Assembly (NCBI GenBank): GCA_963789265.1
Contig: CAWBKB010000005.1
Coordinates: 96,001 to 160,000, forward strand
Length of the DNA: 64,000 nt
Source: an uncultured delta proteobacterium
Lineage (GTDB): Bacteria > Desulfobacterota > Desulfomonilia > Desulfomonilales > Desulfomonilaceae
Reading direction: 5' to 3'
Shown: piece after piece, positions 10,226-19,947 of the stretch
How the letters are laid out: each line of letters starts with the position of its first letter
Position numbering within the stretch: position 1 is the stretch's first letter
Notes under the pieces: generated by a model
What the model was told of the DNA's origin: nothing
What the model saw: the letters and a program-made list of their open reading frames with translations, nothing else
Database searches by the model: none
Program-made: the position numbers and the translations under genes

Positions 10226-11179
10226 TCATTCTACTGAATTTCTATCTTTCGCCGTAAGGGTTACAAATACATCTTCAAGACTAGGAGTTATCACCTCTAT
10301 TCGGAAGAGGCTGATACCTTCCTCATTCAACTTCTCTTTGGCAATCCGGATGGCACTATCAGGGTTTGAAGTGACCAAATGGAGCAGGTTGCCGAAAACG
10401 GCAACTTCACTGAAGACGTGTTCTTTTCCGAGCACTTCCGCGGCCAGCATGAGGTCGGCCGATTCCAGTTCCAGGACGGCATCCTTCATCCAGTTCTTCT
10501 TCAGTTCGCCGGGAGTACCCAGGGCGATGATTCGACCTTTGCTCATCAACGCAAGGCGATTGCAATACTCAGCTTCCTCCATATAATGCGTCGAGACAAA
10601 TATGGTGACCCCCTGCAGGGCCAATCCGTGAATGAGGTCCCAAAAACTTCGCCTGGATACCGGATCGACTCCGGAGGTTGGCTCGTCAAGAAACAGAACC
10701 GGCGGCTCGTGGAGCAGCGCGCACCCCAGAGCAAGACGCTGCTTCCAGCCCAGGGCAAGCTCTCGCGTCAGGCTTGTTCTTCTTTCGGTTAGTCCGGCCA
10801 TGTCAAGGACCCATGCATCTCGGTCCCTTTTCCTGTCCCCGTCAAGGCCGTAGATCCCCCCGAAGAAATCAAGGTTCTCTTCCACAGTCAGGTCTTCATA
10901 CAATGAAAATTTTTGGGACATGTAGCCGATGTGCTTTTTGATTTCTTCATATTCCGTGGATACGTCGCATCCGGAAACCCGGGCTATGCCGGAGGTAGGG
11001 GTCAACAGTCCGCACAGTATCTTGATCGTGGTGGTCTTTCCGGCACCGTTGGGTCCGAGAAATCCAAAAATCTCACCTTTGGGCACTTCGAAGCTGATAT
11101 GATCCACAGCCACAAAGCTGCCGAAGGTTCTCGTGAGCTCTTGGGCAAAGACCGCTATTTCGTTATTGCTTCGTTCCAA
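10226..11179 (-). CDS. ABC exporter ATP-binding protein (YbhF C-half-like)
   Basis: GPNGAGKTT; degenerate signature LALGWKQR; DEPTSGVDP; THYMEEAE. Confidence 0.9.
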   Translation of the reverse strand: MERSNNEIAVFAQELTRTFGSFVAVDHISFEVPKGEIFGFLGPNGAGKTTTIKILCGLLTPTSGIARVSGCDVSTEYEEIKKHIGYMSQKFSLYEDLTVEENLDFFGGIYGLDGDRKRDRDAWVLDMAGLTERRTSLTRELALGWKQRLALGCALLHEPPVLFLDEPTSGVDPVSRRSFWDLIHGLALQGVTIFVSTHYMEEAEYCNRLALMSKGRIIALGTPGELKKNWMKDAVLELESADLMLAAEVLGKEHVFSEVAVFGNLLHLVTSNPDSAIRIAKEKLNEEGISLFRIEVITPSLEDVFVTLTAKDRNSVE

Positions 11180-11187
11180 CTGCTTTC

Positions 11188-12159
11188 CTACCCATCTTCT
11201 TCATTGGAAATTCGGTCTCTTGGGATAAGGGAAAGAAACGCATCTTCCATCGTGGGAACAATTCTCCTGACCGAATGAATCTCGATCCCCTTTTCGGTGA
11301 GTCTTTGGCGAATAGCATTTGCTTCCGACTCCTCGTTCAAGCGCACGTGAAGCCCTTCACCAAAAACATTGACGTCCAGTACTCCCCCCATCTTAGACAA
11401 TAGGTCCCGCGCGGGGCTTGGGTCAGACACGATGAGCTCGACGATGACCCCCTTTACCATTTGCCTGAGCGCCCGGGGTTCGCCCATTTGAATGATGGTG
11501 CCATGATGCATTAGACCCACACGGTTTGTTCTCTCCGCCTCATCCAAATAAGCAGTGGTGACCACAATGGAAATCCCCTCTTTCAAAAGATCGTACAGAA
11601 TTTTCCAGAAATCGCGGCGAGAGACCGGATCGACTCCGTTAGTAGGTTCATCAAGAAGGAGAACTCTGGGAGAATGGATCAGTGCGCAAGCAAGGCCCAA
11701 TTTCTGTTTCATGCCCCCTGACAGAGCTCCTGCGAGCCGGTCGCTGAAGGGACCGAGTCGACTGAATCCGAATAATAGCTCGATCCTACCGGATCGCTCT
11801 TTCTTGGGTACTTGAAAGAGGTCCGCGTAGAAGATAAGGTTTTCCATTACAGTAAGATCGGCGTAAAGGCCGAAGCGTTGAGGCATGTAGGCGAGGTGCT
11901 CCTTAATTCCTTCCGGATCGTCCACCAAGGAAATCCCGTCCACCCATGCTTGGCCGGATGTGGGTTCAAGGATTCCCGCCAGCATTCGCATAGTAGTGGT
12001 CTTCCCGGCGCCGTCCGGCCCCACAATCCCGAAAAGCTCACCCTGCCTTACTTCCAGGTTAAGGTTTTTAACGGCCTGAGTTTGGCCGAAATTGCGACAA
12101 AGATTTTCGGTTTGTACTATGAGTCCTGAACTAGCTTGTTTAAGTCGAGGGCTTACCAA
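11188..12159 (-). CDS. ABC exporter ATP-binding protein (YbhF N-half-like)
   Basis: GPDGAGKTT, LSGGMKQK, DEPTNGVDP, TAYLDEAE. Confidence 0.9.
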   Translation of the reverse strand: MVSPRLKQASSGLIVQTENLCRNFGQTQAVKNLNLEVRQGELFGIVGPDGAGKTTTMRMLAGILEPTSGQAWVDGISLVDDPEGIKEHLAYMPQRFGLYADLTVMENLIFYADLFQVPKKERSGRIELLFGFSRLGPFSDRLAGALSGGMKQKLGLACALIHSPRVLLLDEPTNGVDPVSRRDFWKILYDLLKEGISIVVTTAYLDEAERTNRVGLMHHGTIIQMGEPRALRQMVKGVIVELIVSDPSPARDLLSKMGGVLDVNVFGEGLHVRLNEESEANAIRQRLTEKGIEIHSVRRIVPTMEDAFLSLIPRDRISNEEDG

Positions 12160-13174
12160 GAGTCTGTGGCCGTCCCTTCTTGACCGGTTCGGAGTTAACT
12201 AGAATGTAACCTTCGGCAGGCATCCCGATCTTCAACTCCTGCTTCGGGTTTTTAATCGTGATCTTTACCCGATAAACCTGCTTGACCCTCTCTTCCCTGG
12301 TTTGCACGTTTTTCGGGGTGAATTCGGCCCTGGGGGAGATAAAGGTTACTACCCCCAGGTAAACCTTGTCGGGATACGTGTCAGTAGTAATTTCCGCCTT
12401 TTGGCCCAACTTTATCTTGCCGAGGTTTTGTTCGCCTACGTAGCCTTTGAGCCAAACTTCATCAATCGCTGCCACAGTTGCGACGGCCGCTCCCGGAAGC
12501 ACCACCTCTCCCAGCTCATTTGACTTTACCATCACAACTGCAGAAACTGGTGTTTGGAGCACCGAATGCTCTATGTCCAGTTGTATTCTTTTTAATTCAA
12601 ATTCCGCCCTTTTCAGACGCGCTCGAGCCGCGCGTATTTCCTGCTCTCTCGGTCCGTTCTTAAGCTGTTTCAACCTTTCCGCGCAGTTCTTAAATTCCTC
12701 TTGCGTAACCTTTAGCGTTGTCTCTTTGGTATCGAATAGCGAAGGAGAGATGGCCTTCTCTTTTATCAGGCCACAATAACGGTCATATTCATCCTTCGCG
12801 TTTTTCATCTTGCTCTCCGCGGATTTGTACAGGGCTCGAGCTTGTTCGATCTCTTCAACGCGCGTACCTTCCTCGAACTGATCCAGCACTGCCCGCGCAT
12901 TACCAATTTCAGCCTGCGCAGCTCCCTTTTGGGCGAGGAGAGTATCAGTATCAAGGGTGGCGACGACTTGGCCCGTCGTAACACGGTCACCCTCTTCTAT
13001 GGGAAGCGTTTTGATCTGACCGGCTATTCTGAAGGAAAGATCAACTTCTGTGGCCTCGATGTTCCCACTGACAAAGACCTTTCCCTCAGTATCCACCCCA
13101 TTCCTGAAATGAAGCCAACCAGCAGCCACAATAGCTACAACAACTGCCGCCACTGGTAAAATTTTCTTCTTCAT
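12140..13174 (-). CDS. HlyD-family membrane fusion protein (YbhG-like)
   Basis: Likely start MKKKILPV at 13174; SGNIEA, long coiled coil, AEFTPKNVQTREERVKQVYRVKI, LKIGMP. Confidence 0.9.
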   Translation of the reverse strand: MKKKILPVAAVVVAIVAAGWLHFRNGVDTEGKVFVSGNIEATEVDLSFRIAGQIKTLPIEEGDRVTTGQVVATLDTDTLLAQKGAAQAEIGNARAVLDQFEEGTRVEEIEQARALYKSAESKMKNAKDEYDRYCGLIKEKAISPSLFDTKETTLKVTQEEFKNCAERLKQLKNGPREQEIRAARARLKRAEFELKRIQLDIEHSVLQTPVSAVVMVKSNELGEVVLPGAAVATVAAIDEVWLKGYVGEQNLGKIKLGQKAEITTDTYPDKVYLGVVTFISPRAEFTPKNVQTREERVKQVYRVKITIKNPKQELKIGMPAEGYILVNSEPVKKGRPQTLGKPST

Positions 13175-13573
13175 GGTTGAGTTCTTGCCTTCTTTTTCTA
13201 GTTGCTTCTGTAGGCCTCGAAACACCCTTGTCTCGGGCAAATCTTGGCCACACGGTTCACGAAGAAACCTGCCGAGCAGAGAGTTCTCCAATATACATGC
13301 GAGGCCACACGTCTGCCACGAAAATTTTCCCTATGCAAAGGCTCATGTCTCGTTTCGAGAAAGTGAAGGTTTTTCCAATTGCCGCCACAGTGCCCTGGAC
13401 CGATTCACACCGTCAGGACTTTCGGCAGCCAGCATAGTGATCGCAGCCAACTCGTGTAAGGCTGTTCAACAAGCTCATTGGAACTAACCACTTACAAGCA
13501 CCAAGAATCGCACGGTCGAGACCCGGGCCCACAGAGAGACATAACCTGTTTTTAACGACAATCAAATCCGGCC

Positions 13574-14356
13574 CTAAGACCTCTTCAGAGGGTATCCCAT
13601 ATAGGAAATGCGCGTGTTGCCGGTCTCGTGAAAATCCAGACGGCGTCCAAGCTCCTGATAAGAGATCGTGCCCCGTGCACATCTGCGAAAGTTGAGCCAT
13701 GCGGCGATTGGGTTGCAGCTCGGTGCGATTCCCCTGACATCCTGAGACACGAGCCCCTTGTTCAACATCAAGCCGAACAGGTCTTCGGGCTTGATAAATC
13801 TGTTCCAATCGTGTGTCTGAGGCGGCACGAAGGCCGTTGATGGCCACTCCTGCATAATCTTGATAACGGCAATTCTGCTCGCGAATGTTCTGTTGACTGT
13901 GTCATAGAAAAAGAGGCCTCCGGATTTCAGTACTCTTGAGATTTCACTGATCACTTGTACCACATCTTCTACGTGTTCCAATACGTCGCAACAAAGGACT
14001 ACGTCAAATGTCCCTTCGGAGAAGGGTAGATGTTCTCCCGAAGCCGTATGATAGTCAATGTGCAGTCGTCCTCTGGCGGCATGCTCACGTGCGTTTTCGA
14101 TCGACCGAGCAGCAGGGTCGATACCTGTGACACCGTATCCGGCTCGCGCGAATTCTTCCGAAAGCAATCCTCCTCCGCAACCTATGTCGAGTATCGTTGA
14201 CAACTCTCGCCCGATTTCATTTTCGCGTCGTAGTACGCGTGAGAAATAGTCAAATCTCACCGGATTGATCCAATATCGTATCGAGGCGAACGCTCCCACG
14301 GTTTCGTCCCACCATCCATTTCCCAGATTGTTGTAGATTTCGTTATTGGCAGCCAC
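13574..14356 (-). CDS. UbiG-like class I SAM-dependent O-methyltransferase
   Basis: WWDE, NPVRFDY, LDIGCGGGLL, DVLEHV, HDWNRFIKP. Confidence 0.8.
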   Translation of the reverse strand: MAANNEIYNNLGNGWWDETVGAFASIRYWINPVRFDYFSRVLRRENEIGRELSTILDIGCGGGLLSEEFARAGYGVTGIDPAARSIENAREHAARGRLHIDYHTASGEHLPFSEGTFDVVLCCDVLEHVEDVVQVISEISRVLKSGGLFFYDTVNRTFASRIAVIKIMQEWPSTAFVPPQTHDWNRFIKPEDLFGLMLNKGLVSQDVRGIAPSCNPIAAWLNFRRCARGTISYQELGRRLDFHETGNTRISYMGYPLKRS

Positions 14357-14365
14357 TATTGTTTC

Positions 14366-14717
14366 CTATCGGTGTTCAAAGAAAATGTGCCCCATGGCAA
14401 TAAGCATGACCAGCCCGACCGCAAATTTTCGCAAGGATCGCTTCTCGCCTAATGTATGGAAATCCCTGGGCTACCGTCTTGGTATGCCTGGATAGCGTGA
14501 CGCCATTGAGAATTGCATGCCAGATTACGAATACGCTGAAGAAGACGCCCAGAATGCTATGAGGCGTCATCCACCACACGTGCGCAGGGGCCGCCATAAG
14601 GTCCATTCGATGGAGGTGGTGAATGTAGCCGGTTACAGGGAGCCCCAGACCGGTCAATGCCGTCGTCAGGGCAACGAATGCCCGAGTGTTGAAGGACCTC
14701 TTGTGGTTCGGTTTCAT
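14366..14717 (-). CDS. Small membrane protein, DUF4405/cytochrome b-like; apparent +1 frameshift near 14425
   Basis: Hydrophobic helices with LPVTG, HSILG and WHAILN. Removing one base yields a third hydrophobic helix (AVGLVMLIAMGHIFFEHR) ending at 14366. Confidence 0.6.
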
Positions 14718-14730
14718 GCAAAATCCTCCG

Positions 14731-15201
14731 TCATTTTAACTTTTCAACCACAGTGCGTATTTCGACGAGGACTTTGACTGCACTTTCAACCTCCTGGGTT
14801 CCAAGCCTTTCGCCGATCGAGCTTTCGAGCTCGTGCATGCGTTCGTGAATCCTATGAAATTCACGGTGTCCTTTCTGCGTCAGGCGGACGAGCCTGTGGC
14901 GCCCGTCCTTGGGGTCAGGACCGCGTCGCACCCACTTCTGCTCCTCCATCTCGTTGAGTGTGCGCGTTACGGCAGCAGGGTTGACTCCTAATCTGCGCGC
15001 GATTTCCATGGTGCCGGTTTCCCCTACGAGTTCGATTGCAAGTAGACGCAGAAGGGCCAATCTGGATACCGATGTGCCCACTATTCTCGGGAGATTGATG
15101 AGCAGAGATTGATTCGTGAGGTATAGCTCCTTCAGCAAGTGCGGCTCACCTCCTCGGTGCTCCAGTACATGAGGTCCGATTTTGTTCTTTGAATTCTTCA
15201 T
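14731..15201 (-). CDS. MarR family transcriptional regulator
   Basis: EIARRLGVNPAAVTRTLNEME..WVRR..DPKDGR...VRLTQKG. Confidence 0.92.
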   Translation of the reverse strand: MKNSKNKIGPHVLEHRGGEPHLLKELYLTNQSLLINLPRIVGTSVSRLALLRLLAIELVGETGTMEIARRLGVNPAAVTRTLNEMEEQKWVRRGPDPKDGRHRLVRLTQKGHREFHRIHERMHELESSIGERLGTQEVESAVKVLVEIRTVVEKLK

Positions 15202-15207
15202 CCAAAC

Positions 15208-15238
15208 ATTATTGCCAAGGTCATTGACGTTGTCAATG
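15208..15238 (-). promoter_or_regulatory. Sigma70-like promoter of marR with an overlapping palindromic operator
   Basis: Minus-strand TTGACA (15236-15231), 17 bp spacer, AATAAT (15213-15208); palindrome CATTGAC-GTT-GTCAATG at 15222-15238. Confidence 0.65.
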
Positions 15239-15673
15239 GCATTGAACTATCATCCACAGTTTCACATAATTATGGCTTAGACACGCTTCCAATGTGTCGC
15301 TGACGATCAGGCAGGATGTCCGTCGCCACTCAATCTTTTTCTTATTCCTTAAACTCCGTCATTGCCCGTGGGCTTCGGCAATCCCACATGATTCCCTTGC
15401 CTTATAAGATTAGCGAATAATGAAGGTTCCAGCAGTTACTCGATTGCAGAAGCGGTTCGGCAGCAACAGGAGAAATCCCGTAGTCTTTTTCGCGAGGACT
15501 TTCAAGCATGAACGTCAAATTAACTCCTTAAGTAATCTAAACACAATAACCTCCTCATTAAACATCGTTGCATTTGATAGTTAGATTTATGTTTTAGTGT
15601 TGACAACCCAATTTTGTTGTGATATCCACGCCCCGTGATTTATAGGTTGGGGGCATGGGCGTAGGAGTTTTAA

Positions 15674-18600
15674 GTGTTTGGAAAAGTAATACAATTGAAG
15701 AAAAATGTCAGTTGGGCGAACAGAGGGGGCGAGCTTCCTTCTGAAATAACCGAGCAATTTAACTCGGAAATTCTGGATAGGGGCCTGCGCCTGGCCCACA
15801 GTTCGCGAATTTCGCACATTAACTTCGGAAGGGAATCTTATTTCGGCCTTGTAACTGATTCCTCGGGAAAAGGCGTGAACGTTCACATATCACTTCATCC
15901 TGAGTCCAAGATCCTAACCAGAGCCACTTGCGGTTGTTTCCGATCCTGTACGCGTACCTATTGCCACCACATAGTGTCTTTCGTCCGATATATTTTGAGA
16001 CCCGATCCGGAAACCGGCGGTTTGCGCACTCTTGGAGAGGACTTCAGAGATAGCTTTTGGCATGAGATTGGCTGGTTCGGCTACCGGAACTTCGGGGACT
16101 CCACACTCGGATTCAGGACCCAGGTGAATCATGGGGGCGAAGGACTCCGAGTAAGTTTCTTGGATCGCAATCAACATGAAATCTTGGCCTTCATGCCCGG
16201 CGAGCGATTAGTGGAGGAATTCCTTCATGAATTCTTTGACATAATTCGCCGCGATATTGACGCGAGTCTGTTCAGGCGGATGTACGGACGAAAACTCAAA
16301 GATCCCAATGTACCTTCCCTGCGCCGCCGCCCCTGGCAATATTCGGAGTCAGAGGAGGAGATCAACAGGAGGGGGGTCAAGTCGGTTCGCCAGAACCTCG
16401 AAGACAGCATTTGGCATCGCATCGCCAAGGTGGGTTTTCTCATCGCCGGCCGCAGCGGCGGGACCTTCAACTTCCGTTTTCTCGAGTATAAACAAGAATT
16501 GACAATCGAGGCCCTTGATGAAGAAGAAACTGTCATCCTGCGCCTAGTTCCGCCAAAGACTCTGATTGGGACGCTTATAGAAATGGGGCGGAACAAAGAC
16601 GTCATTGGTAACGATCTTCTGATACACTCCTCCCCTCTCAAGACCGGCTATCACCTGGACCTGACTGAATCATCGTTTTTAAATATAACCCCTGTTGTTG
16701 AGAATCCTGACCCGGACGCGGAGCCGCCAGAGGCTTACCTGGATCGCACCACCCTCGAGCAGCAACTATTCGGTAGGTACTATTTCTTTCCCGATTGGGG
16801 GTTTTTTCAGATTGCCGCGAATGGGGGCGGTCTGCCGGCCGATTATTTTTCGCCCCAGAAGAGAATCGCAATTCCCCCGGAAAAGGTCACCCAATTTCTG
16901 AAGGAATACCGCGATGTGTTGAGGTCCGATCCTGCGGTGCATATAGACAGCAGCCTCTTGGAGCACGAGGTGGTCGAAAACTATGAACTGGCCACGGTAG
17001 ATCACAAAGAGGTCAGTGACGATGGAGTCGAGCTGGAAATAAACTATGACTTCGGGTCGTTCCAGATACCTTTCCGGGACATTTTTGAGGCAAGACAAAA
17101 CAATAGACGCTTTGTGGTTAAAGGAGAAAAATGGCTCGACGTAATGTCTCCGGAATTTTCATGGATGGACGCGTTGCGCGACCGAGCTTCAGTCCGTGAT
17201 AACACTCTAACCATCGGACGGACTGACTATCTGCGATTGCTTGCCTTTCATGATCGCCTTGAAAAGCGCTTCTCCTCGGTTCGCCTGAAAGAATGGTTCC
17301 AAACGCTGGAAATGCTGCAACCGCCCGGACGCTTGCCGGCCATCAGAGCTATGAAAGGGAAGCTTAGAGGCTACCAGAAGAATGGCTACGGCTGGTTATG
17401 GTTCCTTTATCAGAATGGCTTTTCTGGACTCTTGTGCGATGACATGGGGCTCGGCAAGACGCATCAAGTAATGGCCCTTATGACGGGACTCGTGTGTCAT
17501 CTGGCGAAACGGGCTGAAAAGGTTCATTTCCTGGTAGTGTGTCCCACAACAGTGCTCAGCCACTGGAACGACAAGGTTGTAGAGTTTTGCCCCTTCCTAA
17601 ACCCTTACATTTATCATGGAACGGATCGCTCGTTTCGGGAGGGCTTCGACGAACACTTGCTAATAATCACTTCGTACGGCGTTTCCCTGCGCGACATAGA
17701 GATGCTTTCCGAGTACCGCTTCGATCTAATTGTTCTTGATGAAATCCAAGCAGTTAAGAACAAGAGTACCAAGACATACGCGGCCGTGAAGGCGCTTGAG
17801 TCCGCGTGCACACTAGGTCTTACAGGGACCCCTATTGAGAACAGCGTAACAGATCTGAAATCCCTGTTCGACATAATTCTTCCCGGCTATCTGATGTCAG
17901 ATTCTTTCTTTGAGGATCATTTTCGCTTCCCCATTGAGGAGGTTTCCGATGGGGCCACTAAAGACAAGCTCGCGCGCATGATTCAACCATTCACGCTGAG
18001 GCGCAAGAAGGAGCAGGTTCTTACCGAACTCCCCCCCAAAATCGAGGACGTCCGGCGTTGTACCATGAGCGAGGATCAGATTCGTCTTTACGAGGACGTG
18101 ATATGTAATCGGGGCCAAAACCTCGTGCAGACCTTGAAGGATCCTGATCAGAGAGTGCCATATATGCACATTTTTGCAGTTCTCAACTACCTGAAGCAGA
18201 TTTGCAATCACCCGGCATTGCTCGAAGGCGAGACAAAAGATTACAGCAAATACGCGTCGGGGAAATGGGATCTCTTCGTCGAACTCTTGGACGAGAGCCT
18301 CGGATCGGGTCAGAAGGTTGTGGTCTTCAGCCAGTACGTAAAAATGCTTGAACTCATCGAATCCTACCTGAGGGACCGCGGCATAAATTTCGCTACAATC
18401 AAAGGCCATACCAGGAACCGCTCTGAGCCGGTGAAACGTTTCAACAGCGACCCGGACTGCATGGTTTTCAGTGCGTCGCTCAGAGCTTCCGGTCTGGGAA
18501 TTGACCTAACCGGGGGTTCAGTAGTGATCCACTACGATCGATGGTGGAATTCCGCCCGGGAAGAACAGGCAACAGACAGGGTCCACAGGATCGGACAGAG

Positions 18601-18769
18601 AAGGGGGGTTCAGGTCTTCAAACTCATCACAGAAAATACCCTTGAAGAAAAGATCGACTTGATCATTTCGAAGAAAAAACGACTCATGGAGTCGGTGGTC
18701 AAGGAAGACGACAAATCCCTTCTCAAGCACTTTTCGCGACAAGAGCTGATCGAATTGATATCTTTTTGA
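15674..18769 (+). CDS. SWIM zinc finger + SNF2-family (SF2) helicase/ATPase
   Basis: CGC...CHH SWIM motif; LRGYQ, DDMGLGKT, DEIQ, LTGTPIEN, QATDRVHRIGQ. Confidence 0.92.
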   Translation: MFGKVIQLKKNVSWANRGGELPSEITEQFNSEILDRGLRLAHSSRISHINFGRESYFGLVTDSSGKGVNVHISLHPESKILTRATCGCFRSCTRTYCHHIVSFVRYILRPDPETGGLRTLGEDFRDSFWHEIGWFGYRNFGDSTLGFRTQVNHGGEGLRVSFLDRNQHEILAFMPGERLVEEFLHEFFDIIRRDIDASLFRRMYGRKLKDPNVPSLRRRPWQYSESEEEINRRGVKSVRQNLEDSIWHRIAKVGFLIAGRSGGTFNFRFLEYKQELTIEALDEEETVILRLVPPKTLIGTLIEMGRNKDVIGNDLLIHSSPLKTGYHLDLTESSFLNITPVVENPDPDAEPPEAYLDRTTLEQQLFGRYYFFPDWGFFQIAANGGGLPADYFSPQKRIAIPPEKVTQFLKEYRDVLRSDPAVHIDSSLLEHEVVENYELATVDHKEVSDDGVELEINYDFGSFQIPFRDIFEARQNNRRFVVKGEKWLDVMSPEFSWMDALRDRASVRDNTLTIGRTDYLRLLAFHDRLEKRFSSVRLKEWFQTLEMLQPPGRLPAIRAMKGKLRGYQKNGYGWLWFLYQNGFSGLLCDDMGLGKTHQVMALMTGLVCHLAKRAEKVHFLVVCPTTVLSHWNDKVVEFCPFLNPYIYHGTDRSFREGFDEHLLIITSYGVSLRDIEMLSEYRFDLIVLDEIQAVKNKSTKTYAAVKALESACTLGLTGTPIENSVTDLKSLFDIILPGYLMSDSFFEDHFRFPIEEVSDGATKDKLARMIQPFTLRRKKEQVLTELPPKIEDVRRCTMSEDQIRLYEDVICNRGQNLVQTLKDPDQRVPYMHIFAVLNYLKQICNHPALLEGETKDYSKYASGKWDLFVELLDESLGSGQKVVVFSQYVKMLELIESYLRDRGINFATIKGHTRNRSEPVKRFNSDPDCMVFSASLRASGLGIDLTGGSVVIHYDRWWNSAREEQATDRVHRIGQRRGVQVFKLITENTLEEKIDLIISKKKRLMESVVKEDDKSLLKHFSRQELIELISF

Positions 18770-18888
18770 ACGCGTTCGAGTGTGTTCTCCTCTGGTTGTC
18801 TGCTCAGGGTGAGGAATAATTTAAGACGGCCTTATCGTCCATCTTACCGGTTTTACCCAAACGACAGACTCACCCGTGGCTCCGCGCA

Positions 18889-19689
18889 GTGATTCGCCGA
18901 ACCCCAAGCCCGTTCGAGGGACTTGCAGTGAATATTACTATTTTGGGAAGTGGAACCGCCACCCCCAACCTTGAGCGCAATGCTTCAGGGCTGGCAGTAA
19001 GGGCAGCAAGCTTGTGTGTCCTGGTAGACATTGGGCCGGGCATTCTTCGCCGTCTGTGTGAAGCGCAAATCGACTCAAAATGGATCGATGCCATTCTCAT
19101 TACCCATTTTCATCCGGATCATGTTTCAGATCTGGTGCCTTTTTTATTCGCATCAAACTACGAGTACGGACAAACGCGCAAACAGATTTTTCATGTTGTT
19201 GGTCCGACAGGCCTGAAAGAATTCTACAATGCATTGGTCGGAATCTATGGCCACTGGATAGTTCCTACGGGAAACCGCCTACTTATCAGAGAGGTTGATC
19301 CGAGAGCCCCTGACGCTTTTCGACTGGAGGAAATTACTGTTCACTCGGCCCCTTCTGCCCATTCCTTCCCGAGTGTGTCGTACAGGGTCGAGGCGGACGG
19401 TGTTTCCGTCACCGTATCAGGTGACACGGATGTTTCCGACGAACTGGTGACATTAGCCGAAGGCACGGAAATACTCGTGTGTGAATGCTCTTTCCCTGAT
19501 GACATGAAGGTCGCCGGACATCTTACGCCATCTGAGGCCGGCAGCATAGCTGCTCGAGCTCGAGCGAAAAAACTGGTGCTCACGCATTTTTATCCCCCCT
19601 GCGACGAAGTCGATGTGGTCAAACAGGCCGCCAAAGTTTTTAAGGGAGAGGTCATCAAGGCCAAAGACCTCATGGTCCTCGAGGTGTAG
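18889..19689 (+). CDS. Metallo-beta-lactamase fold hydrolase, RNase Z/BN-like (start may be GTG 18928)
   Basis: ILGSGT, THFHPDH, SGDT, HLTP, LTHFYP. Confidence 0.85.
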   Translation: MIRRTPSPFEGLAVNITILGSGTATPNLERNASGLAVRAASLCVLVDIGPGILRRLCEAQIDSKWIDAILITHFHPDHVSDLVPFLFASNYEYGQTRKQIFHVVGPTGLKEFYNALVGIYGHWIVPTGNRLLIREVDPRAPDAFRLEEITVHSAPSAHSFPSVSYRVEADGVSVTVSGDTDVSDELVTLAEGTEILVCECSFPDDMKVAGHLTPSEAGSIAARARAKKLVLTHFYPPCDEVDVVKQAAKVFKGEVIKAKDLMVLEV

Positions 19690-19947
19690 CCGTTCAATGC
19701 CGTACAAGCCTCACTGGCCGGGGCAAACGCCACTCTTATTGATTCAGGGAAGATTCCGTCATTCACGCCACGAACGTGATCGTCAGCTTGATGAATCCCG
19801 GACCTGAAATCTCGGGAGACGCATTAGCTCAACAGCGTTGATGCGGGCGTCGCTCAATCCCAATTTCTGGAAGTAAAGACATTTTTGACCCGCTGCATTA
19901 TAATGGCTTCCTGAGAACGATACGAGGGGTCAACTGTTAGGGTAATC

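Noticed and set aside
13574..14356. Gene symbol ubiG (ubiquinone synthesis)
   Set aside because: Family resemblance only; the context is a MarR operon with no ubi genes.
15600..15625. NrdR-box-like sequence (also sought upstream of nrdJ)
   Set aside because: Too many mismatches to the consensus.
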